IMG/VR virus record: IMGVR_UViG_3300037294_000266
Span: 62,001 to 126,000 of that record
Reading direction: 5' to 3' (one strand)
DNA: 64,000 nucleotides
The notes beneath the pieces were generated by a model, which ran no database searches, was not told the DNA's origin, and saw only the letters and a list, made by a program, of their open reading frames with translations. This document shows, piece after piece, positions 56,821 through 62,692 of the stretch. Made by a program: the position numbers and the translations under genes. Position 1 is the first letter of the stretch. Each line of letters starts with the position of its first letter.

Positions 56821-57090
56821 TTAACAGCCTAATGAGCAGATCTCTTCGTTACCTACAACTATCTTGACCAAAGGTCGCTCTCCAGACGCATCGAGCTTTA
56901 CGTCGATGTCGTATTCATGGAAACCAGCCTTCTGGTCTTCGAGGGCTTCGTTCATTGCATGACGAGTGCGTTCATCAATAAGGACATCGCCAGTCTCCGA
57001 TAATGCATGGAGGGTGGCTCTTACTCTTAGAACTACCGCATCTACAATGGACTTGTCTGCGGGACGGTAGATATCAAGCTTCTTACTCAT
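56821..57090 (-). CDS. Hypothetical protein
   Basis: 89 aa, GAGG SD. Confidence 0.65.
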   Translation of the reverse strand: MSKKLDIYRPADKSIVDAVVLRVRATLHALSETGDVLIDERTRHAMNEALEDQKAGFHEYDIDVKLDASGERPLVKIVVGNEEICSLGC

Positions 57091-57250
57091 ACCACTTCCT
57101 CAGACATAAATAACTACACGTTAGCTTCCATTGACCCACAGGCTTTTTCCGTCATCCAGGATCTCTCCTACACTGACGCCTATCCACAGGATTCACCTTA
57201 CGAGGGTTACTTTGGTTTGTGCTGTCATCGCTCGCGTGTATCGCAGTGCA

Positions 57251-57397
57251 CTACGATTCTTTACCGAATATCCTATCCATTGCCAGACGAAGTCTTTCTT
57301 CATCTTCTGGGGTAGGAGTAGGAAGGGGCTTTCCAGGGCAGGCGTGAATGCCACAGATATTACATATCGGACAACACTGCCTTTCGTCTTCTAACAT
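57251..57397 (-). CDS. Small Cys-rich protein (48 aa)
   Basis: MLEDERQCCPICNICGIHAC. The SD GGGGG is supplied by the 3' acceptor strand of the upstream tRNA-like element. Confidence 0.5.
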   Translation of the reverse strand: MLEDERQCCPICNICGIHACPGKPLPTPTPEDEERLRLAMDRIFGKES

Positions 57398-57491
57398 GAT
57401 ACCCCCTACAGGATTCGAACCCATGCTCGCGCAGTATCCGAATGCGAATTTGGACACTACCCAGCTCTAACCAACTGAGACTTAAAGAGGC
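57397..57491 (-). ncRNA. tRNA-like RNA with 7-bp anticodon stem and 12-nt loop
   Basis: Acceptor GCCTCTT/AGGGGGT, CTCAGTTGGTTAGAG D-arm, AGTGTCC/GGATACT, T-loop TTCGAAT, A-TCA end. Confidence 0.65.
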
Positions 57492-57504
57492 TTAACAGAA
57501 ATCG

Positions 57505-57825
57505 TGGGTTGATGACCTGAAGCGGTCTTAGATGTTTTCACATCACCCGTCAACCTACTGGGCTTGCCGTTACCATTTCGCCCGAATGGTCAAGGGGATC
57601 TGTCATACGCTTCTAGATCTTGGGCAGGGCGGTGACTAAACAGTTCTATTGTTCAGACACATCCTTCTCGGGGTGCGGCTTTGGACTTCCCTGATCGCAC
57701 GTCTCCAATAGACTAGAGGATGCGGTCGTAGGGTTTCAGATAAGAGATCAGACTGTGCAGTCCGGTGCCTAGGTGAGTAGGGCACTGTCTTGATCAATCA
57801 TTCCCCAGCTGGTTGAGGGGGAATT
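57505..57825 (-). ncRNA. Run of structured non-coding elements
   Basis: GGTTGA/TCAACC junction with GATGT-GAAA-ACATC and GACC/GGTC, plus ACCATT/AATGGT, GTGCC/GGCAC, GACTG/CAGTC and ATTCCCC/GGGGAAT. No ORF of 60 aa or more in the track. Confidence 0.5.
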
Positions 57826-57828
57826 AAA

Positions 57829-57910
57829 CACCTCTAGCGAGTCTCGAAGTCGCACACCGTCGATTAGAATGGCTACCAATCGACTGTCCTACCAATTGGA
57901 CGATAGAGGT
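57829..57910 (-). ncRNA. tRNA-like RNA with 7-bp anticodon stem and 12-nt loop
   Basis: Perfect acceptor ACCTCTA/TAGAGGT, D-arm GTCC-AATTGGTA-GGAC, GTCGATT/AATCGAC, T-loop TTCGAGA. No encoded CCA. Confidence 0.75.
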
Positions 57911-57924
57911 ATAAACGCTGTATG

Positions 57925-58050
57925 TAAGTATGATGGGATTCAAACCCACGTACGCTTTGGTATAGCCAATGGACTGGCACCTCGGCGTTCTAGTCCAACC
58001 GTCCGCGTTACCGGACATTTCACCCTTAAGCCAGGCTCAGGAACATACTC
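57925..58050 (-). ncRNA. 126-nt tRNA-like RNA with three hairpins between the D- and T-arms
   Basis: Acceptor GAGTATG/CATACTT, D-stem CCT/AGG, hairpins GTCC/GGAC, GGACT/AGTCC and TTGG/CCAA, T-arm GTGGG-TTTGAAT-CCCAT. Confidence 0.7.
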
Positions 58051-58060
58051 ACACACAAAC

Positions 58061-58148
58061 AGGTGGCAGCCGACCGAGTTCCCCCGATCCGATCCAGTAT
58101 GGGTTCGAAAACGCACTAAGGCAATCGACGTACTGAACTTAAGCTACC
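58061..58148 (-). ncRNA. Degenerate tRNA-like element (acceptor, long arm, T-like arm, ACCT end)
   Basis: GGTAGCT/GGCTGCC, TTCAGTA/TACTGGA, GATCG/CGGTC. Confidence 0.5.
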
Positions 58149-58157
58149 ATTGTAACG

Positions 58158-58270
58158 TCGAGAACGCGGGCCGGCGCCGCGTATGGCTGCCTCATTGGGC
58201 TGCCGATCATAGTGCGCGCTGCCACTAGGGCTGCCGCTGATCCGGTGCGGAGACGAACCCGCGTTCTCGA
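58158..58270. ncRNA. Multibranch hairpin with 13-bp closing stem and four GGCAGC motifs
   Basis: TCGAGAACGCGGG/CCCGCGTTCTCGA. GCTGCC on the + strand at 58186, 58199, 58218 and 58230. Confidence 0.65.
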
Positions 58271-58321
58271 ACTCTTACACGATTGTTAATCGTGATTAAA
58301 ATGGCGATTTGGCGTAATTAT

Positions 58322-58858
58322 TTAAGCTGTCGTATAGCGTTTACCGGAGTGTATGTTCTCTACAACACCCCTACTAATTCCAAACATTCTGGCTATTTCA
58401 CGCTGAGAATGTTTACCCTTTAATGAGAGAACTCTATTCGCCTCTTCTTGAGTAAGAACAGCATTATGACTATCGGCTCCGCGACGTTGTTTCAATAAAC
58501 CATTTTCTTTTGCATGGTCCATATTACCTTGCCGAGTAGTCCACTCTAATTGAGTGTAACCATTTTTGGCTTTATCGCAGAAAACATGATTGACTTCAAG
58601 ATCATCACTTTCTCTTCCAACAAAGGCTTTGGCAACCTGTACATGGATTTTTATACAGATGTTCTTACCCTTCCTACCACCTATTTTACTAGCATGGGTC
58701 AGGTAGCCATTATGATTCAATGTCTGAGACAGTATTTTACCTGTCCTGCGACTTCTCAAGGTGCCTTTCGAACCAATATCAAAGTGTTCTGGATAATCCG
58801 GACACGGAACAAATATTTCATCTTCGTCGTCAAGTGTCCAGCCAACTAATTTACTCAT
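58322..58858 (-). CDS. Free-standing NUMOD4-HNH homing endonuclease with C-terminal HTH
   Basis: IGSKGTLRS, IHVQVAKAF, EVNHVFCDKAKN...LEWTTRQGNMDHA, SQREIARMFGISRG. Start at 58858 with GGAGG. Confidence 0.85.
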   Translation of the reverse strand: MSKLVGWTLDDEDEIFVPCPDYPEHFDIGSKGTLRSRRTGKILSQTLNHNGYLTHASKIGGRKGKNICIKIHVQVAKAFVGRESDDLEVNHVFCDKAKNGYTQLEWTTRQGNMDHAKENGLLKQRRGADSHNAVLTQEEANRVLSLKGKHSQREIARMFGISRGVVENIHSGKRYTTA

Positions 58859-58865
58859 GTTGACC

Positions 58866-58889
58866 TCCATCTGTTTATTGTCAGATGGA
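58866..58889 (-). promoter_or_regulatory. Hairpin occluding the HNH ribosome-binding site
   Basis: TCCATCTG-ACAATAAA-CAGATGGA overlaps GGAGG, with TACATTA immediately upstream. Confidence 0.6.
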
Positions 58890-58912
58890 TAATGTATGAT
58901 CTAAAGAAAAGG

Positions 58913-58949
58913 AACAGCCAGCTACTCTACCTGTCTGAGCTATCATGGA
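58913..58949 (-). pseudogene. 5' half of tRNA-Asn(GUU), truncated right after the anticodon
   Basis: TCCATGA-TA-GCTC-AGACAGGTA-GAGT-A-GCTGG-CT-GTT, then unrelated HNH leader sequence. No matching 3' half (CCAGC...TCATGGA) found. Confidence 0.75.
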
Positions 58950-58957
58950 ATTAAATT

Positions 58958-59203
58958 GTGTAGCGCTGAGGACTTTCACCTCTCCTTTTCATGTCAGAGT
59001 TTAGTCGGACACGGAACACAACGCCACCTATGTTCAGAGTAATCGCCTGTCAGGACGGAATCCACCTTCATGGTGCGCGATGCGCACCATTGCTGACAGA
59101 CTATTGCTACAACGGAACGGAGACCAGTCCTATTCAGAACCGATAAGACAGCCGTGAAGAAGTCTCGTCCGTTCTGCCTTTGCAGCAAATTCTTCTAGGC
59201 ATA
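58958..59203 (-). ncRNA. Long-hairpin structured element(s) plus decayed tRNA-like tail
   Basis: TTGCTGCA/TGTAGCAA-closed hairpin, GTCTGTCAG/CTGACAGGC enclosing ATGGTGCGC/GCGCACCAT, T-like GAGG-TGAAAGT-CCTC. TATG at 59200-59203. Confidence 0.5.
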
Positions 59204-59223
59204 CAATACAGAGAATCAGTTAT

Positions 59224-59382
59224 TTAACACACCATCTCTGGAACTGGGATATCTTGTTCTTTACAGAATCGCTCAAGGTTAGCCTGAGCCAGTTGAAACT
59301 TCAAGACAGCTTTTAGAGTCTTCTGTCGGTTATCTTCAGAAGGACATCCTCTTAGTACAGCAACCTTAATCGTCTTGATCAT
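59224..59382 (-). CDS. Small hypothetical protein (52 aa)
   Basis: MIKTIKVAVLRG..., below the track cutoff. Confidence 0.4.
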   Translation of the reverse strand: MIKTIKVAVLRGCPSEDNRQKTLKAVLKFQLAQANLERFCKEQDIPVPEMVC

Positions 59383-59537
59383 GACCGATACCTCACGATG
59401 GGTACATTCTCCTCATCTGCACCTAGGACACGTGCCATTCTGGACGGGCTAGGATACAGATGAGGGGCTATCATCGCATCCAACATGGGACGCAAGTGTT
59501 TCACATATTGTACGCTAACAATGTTATTTTTTACAAG

Positions 59538-59969
59538 TCATTGTTCTTGGTTCAACACGTCGACAACCGAACCGAGCATATGAGCTGTCTTCAGATCAAT
59601 GATACCGCGCTGGAAGGATGAGTTGGCATGGTCGTGCCGATAACCCTCAATGGAGCTCAACACGGTACATAGCGTGTAAGAACGAATACGTCCTTCTCCA
59701 CACTGAATGTAGATCGCTTCCGCACCTGCCTTACGCTGTTCTTCACAGAACGCAACGAGCTGTTCACCTTTATCCTTAGTGAACAGTCGCTCTGCAGCTA
59801 CGTCGTTATGGAAGTGATCGCCTGGAAAGAAGCTAAGGCGAAGGACAGGACGGTTGGCTTCGTTAGGTATTTCGATATGGCTGGAGTAGACATCACCAAT
59901 ACTTACGATAGGGACATCCTTAGGAATGTCCTTTATGCGGTCTTTGCCGACATTGAGTAAACGGGTCAT
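59538..59969 (-). CDS. Protein-tyrosine/dual-specificity phosphatase-like protein
   Basis: IVSIGD...LRLSF...IYIQCGEGRIRS (CX5R P-loop). Confidence 0.7.
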   Translation of the reverse strand: MTRLLNVGKDRIKDIPKDVPIVSIGDVYSSHIEIPNEANRPVLRLSFFPGDHFHNDVAAERLFTKDKGEQLVAFCEEQRKAGAEAIYIQCGEGRIRSYTLCTVLSSIEGYRHDHANSSFQRGIIDLKTAHMLGSVVDVLNQEQ

Positions 59970-61090
59970 TCGTTTTCTTCCTTTACAGGGATGGGGATGT
60001 ACCATTCCGCATCGGGGAATAGTCCGTTCATGTACACTTCAACAGCATCTTTGACAGTGTTGAGGATGGATATTGGGAGTTGTCGTTCGCTTACATTCAC
60101 TCCATGAAGTTCGATGGTCTCAAACGTCAAGGGTGTTTTGTCACGCGCCCAGGAGTTCTTCATCTTCAATTCATTCATACGCTCCCAACTATTCCAGTCG
60201 GTATCGTTCGTAGAAATGGAGACGTGACCACCATCGAATTTAATCTGTCTGCCGTAGCCAGAACGAGAACGGTCGTTGAAATGATACATGCCTTTATTAA
60301 GGGCCGCAATCACTCGATCAGAATGGACTTTGCCAGCAGCGATCTCGAGCAGTGCGGATGGAGAGAACGAGCGACGTGATTGGTTATGCGCCGAGCTTAG
60401 TATGGTATCGACAGTTTCATCAACCATCAATTCTTCAGCCAGTACATCGAGGACGCTTTGGGCGAGGTACTTGTTAGTAAGGGACACGAACGCGTCTTCG
60501 ACATGATGGCAGAGATGTGCTGAATGGTATTGGAAATTGTTGTTATAAAGCGCATGACTGCGTTCGATCGATCCGGTAAGATCCCACCAACACTCTGGAG
60601 TATAGATGCGGTAACTGACCTTATCGATATATGACATACCTTCACTGGAAGAGGATTTAGGAGTCAATTCAATGTCGATGATCAACGACCCAGAATGAAT
60701 GACCTTTATCATCTTGCCATCAGTATCAAAGTCACCCGTCGGCCATAGCTTCATTAACATCTGACTCCATCGGCACATGGCGTAGATCAGATGTTCTTCA
60801 TCGATGACAGGGAGGACTTTAACAGCTAGGTTGTCAAGATTACCTTCGACGGTTTGGCCGAGGTATTTACACGCATTACGCAAAGCCGTTGACTGGATGC
60901 CACGACCGCTCAAAATAGTACCTTCATGACTAGTGGTAATCATGCCGATGTTCGCCATGGCGTTGTCAGCGATCTGGCGGAATTCATTTCTCACCATCTC
61001 CGGCAACGCGGCGTTGTTAGACAACTGACTGAGACCAGATGCAATCATATCCAAAGTCTGTCTGATGTGAAGCATGTTCATAGTGTCCAT
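59966..61090 (-). CDS. Hypothetical protein
   Basis: 374 aa after start revision. Confidence 0.7.
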   Translation of the reverse strand: MDTMNMLHIRQTLDMIASGLSQLSNNAALPEMVRNEFRQIADNAMANIGMITTSHEGTILSGRGIQSTALRNACKYLGQTVEGNLDNLAVKVLPVIDEEHLIYAMCRWSQMLMKLWPTGDFDTDGKMIKVIHSGSLIIDIELTPKSSSSEGMSYIDKVSYRIYTPECWWDLTGSIERSHALYNNNFQYHSAHLCHHVEDAFVSLTNKYLAQSVLDVLAEELMVDETVDTILSSAHNQSRRSFSPSALLEIAAGKVHSDRVIAALNKGMYHFNDRSRSGYGRQIKFDGGHVSISTNDTDWNSWERMNELKMKNSWARDKTPLTFETIELHGVNVSERQLPISILNTVKDAVEVYMNGLFPDAEWYIPIPVKEENE

Positions 61091-61095
61091 ACGAA

Positions 61096-61539
61096 CTATC
61101 TCTTCTGTAAGACGGTGATAAACCGTCGATCGTGGTAAGGGAAGATGGCTTTGTAAACCAGACTGATGTCTTTGTCCCAACTAAGACCGCCATTGCCACA
61201 ACCCATAGGGGGTAGGGCGATTGTTCCCATCTGAGGATGACGATTGGCAAGTACGGCCAATCGATTGATGTTGTGGATAACTAAGCCCCGTGGAGACTTT
61301 TGCTTCCAGTCTAATTTGGTAGGTATGAGGAGATAAAGTACTCCATCATGCTTGTACGTGATAAACTGTCCCGGTTCGATCGTCGAGTACATCTTCTTGT
61401 AATGTTTGTAGAGCCCTGGAATGTTATCACGGGCTGATTTTGCCACGCCGGCGCCCATTGCCCCTACAAGGTTAATTGTGATGACTTTAGTATCTGCTTT
61501 GACGGACAGGATGTCGTTGTATTCGAACTCTAGAGACAT
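61096..61539 (-). CDS. DarG/OARD1-like macro domain protein
   Basis: INLVGAMGAGVA, IPTKLDWKQKS, TIALPPMGCGNGGLSW. Confidence 0.8.
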   Translation of the reverse strand: MSLEFEYNDILSVKADTKVITINLVGAMGAGVAKSARDNIPGLYKHYKKMYSTIEPGQFITYKHDGVLYLLIPTKLDWKQKSPRGLVIHNINRLAVLANRHPQMGTIALPPMGCGNGGLSWDKDISLVYKAIFPYHDRRFITVLQKR

Positions 61540-61558
61540 GTATAACTCCAGGATGAAA

Positions 61559-62167
61559 CTAATCCATGAGGTCGAGACCTACCAGCGCCATTGGTAAGTC
61601 GGCATTCTTGGTTACGACCACCTTTGCCGTCTTGTTAACGTATTTGATAGATTCTACGTCACCGCCGGACAGGGGGTCTAGCTGCAAGACAGTTGACATT
61701 ACCTGTGTCAGACTGATCTTAGGGAATATAGTCATGACCGCTTTAGCAAACTTACTGCCAGTGCCTGTCATGAAAGGGAACTCTTCAATCTTACTGACAC
61801 GGGTGTTGTGCTCAGAGAGATTGATCGAATAGCTACCTGCCTCTGTGATAACAATCACATTCACTGTCTTATCGAATGACAGCGGCATTAGTTTCTGTGC
61901 ATCTGTCATGATTTCAACAGGACACTTCCCAGATTCGATCATGGCGTATACGCGACGCGATTGAGCTTTGTTGCCAGCAGCAGTCATGGCAATGATCTTA
62001 CTGCCTTTGTAGCTGCATGGTTTTTCAGGAACGTGGATCTTCGATGACGCTGTTACCTCTCGCACGTTCGTGCCAGAACAATCCGCGCATTTGTGAGAAG
62101 CCTTCAAATCCAACGAAGCCTGACCGTCTGTGATCAACATGTCTTTTGTTAGAATAACTGTGGTCAT
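61559..62167 (-). CDS. HslV/proteasome-beta-like Ntn peptidase
   Basis: N-terminal MTT, D at position 14, K, AAG, TGTG, and DPLSGG. CxxC insertion. Confidence 0.7.
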   Translation of the reverse strand: MTTVILTKDMLITDGQASLDLKASHKCADCSGTNVREVTASSKIHVPEKPCSYKGSKIIAMTAAGNKAQSRRVYAMIESGKCPVEIMTDAQKLMPLSFDKTVNVIVITEAGSYSINLSEHNTRVSKIEEFPFMTGTGSKFAKAVMTIFPKISLTQVMSTVLQLDPLSGGDVESIKYVNKTAKVVVTKNADLPMALVGLDLMD

Positions 62168-62233
62168 TACAATGTAGTCCGTTTGGATTGTTTAATGTAC
62201 CTTATAATGTAGTTCCATGCAAAAGTGGAATAA

Positions 62234-62256
62234 AGAGGGGGCCGAAGCCCCCTTTC
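62234..62256 (-). terminator. Stem-loop with cUUCGg loop and T-rich tail
   Basis: Minus strand GGGGGC-TTCG-GCCCCC followed by TCTTTATT. Confidence 0.75.
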
Positions 62257-62678
62257 TATTTCTTACCGCCAGTGGCCCCATCCATTAAGTTCTGAACAGC
62301 GGTGTCTTCCTTGGTCGATACAGTATCGCATCGTTTAAGGACGGCATCTGCTCGATCTCGCGGCAACTTGAGGAACTCGCTAAACGACATGCCTGTGAAT
62401 TTAAGTACGTTGGCAACCAAGTACCGTTCAAGGTAGACGTCATACGCGTCGACAGCTACAACATCTTCAGGGTCATGCATGGCAACAGAAGCAAAGTTAG
62501 ATTCACCAAACTTACTGTTGCTATAGATCCCGAAGTAATCGTCGTAACATTCTATCGCAACGATCTGGGCAGGAATACTGGTCAGTAATGCATCAGACTC
62601 GGCCAGTACAGTGTCAAGGATCGAAGGTTCATCAGACTCAAGTTGTCTGGTGCCGAAAGGGCGGTCACTGACATGCAT
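62256..62678 (-). CDS. Conserved phiKZ-like protein
   Basis: Start revised to avoid overlap. Motif GMSFSEFLKLPRD. Confidence 0.6.
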   Translation of the reverse strand: MHVSDRPFGTRQLESDEPSILDTVLAESDALLTSIPAQIVAIECYDDYFGIYSNSKFGESNFASVAMHDPEDVVAVDAYDVYLERYLVANVLKFTGMSFSEFLKLPRDRADAVLKRCDTVSTKEDTAVQNLMDGATGGKK

Positions 62679-62692
62679 GCCAATCGGCAAGT

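Noticed and set aside
58158-58270. Mini CRISPR array or type III antitoxin repeat array
   Set aside because: Repeats are only 6-7 nt with irregular 6-13-nt spacers. No cas or ToxN-like gene is nearby.
58270-58913. Group I intron in tRNA-Asn containing the HNH gene
   Set aside because: No P/Q/R/S elements and no 3' tRNA half were found downstream.
54766-59188. Short track ORFs at 54766, 55137, 57131, 57824, 57869 and 58994
   Set aside because: They overlap RNA elements or lie antisense to them, with no RBS. Likely spurious.
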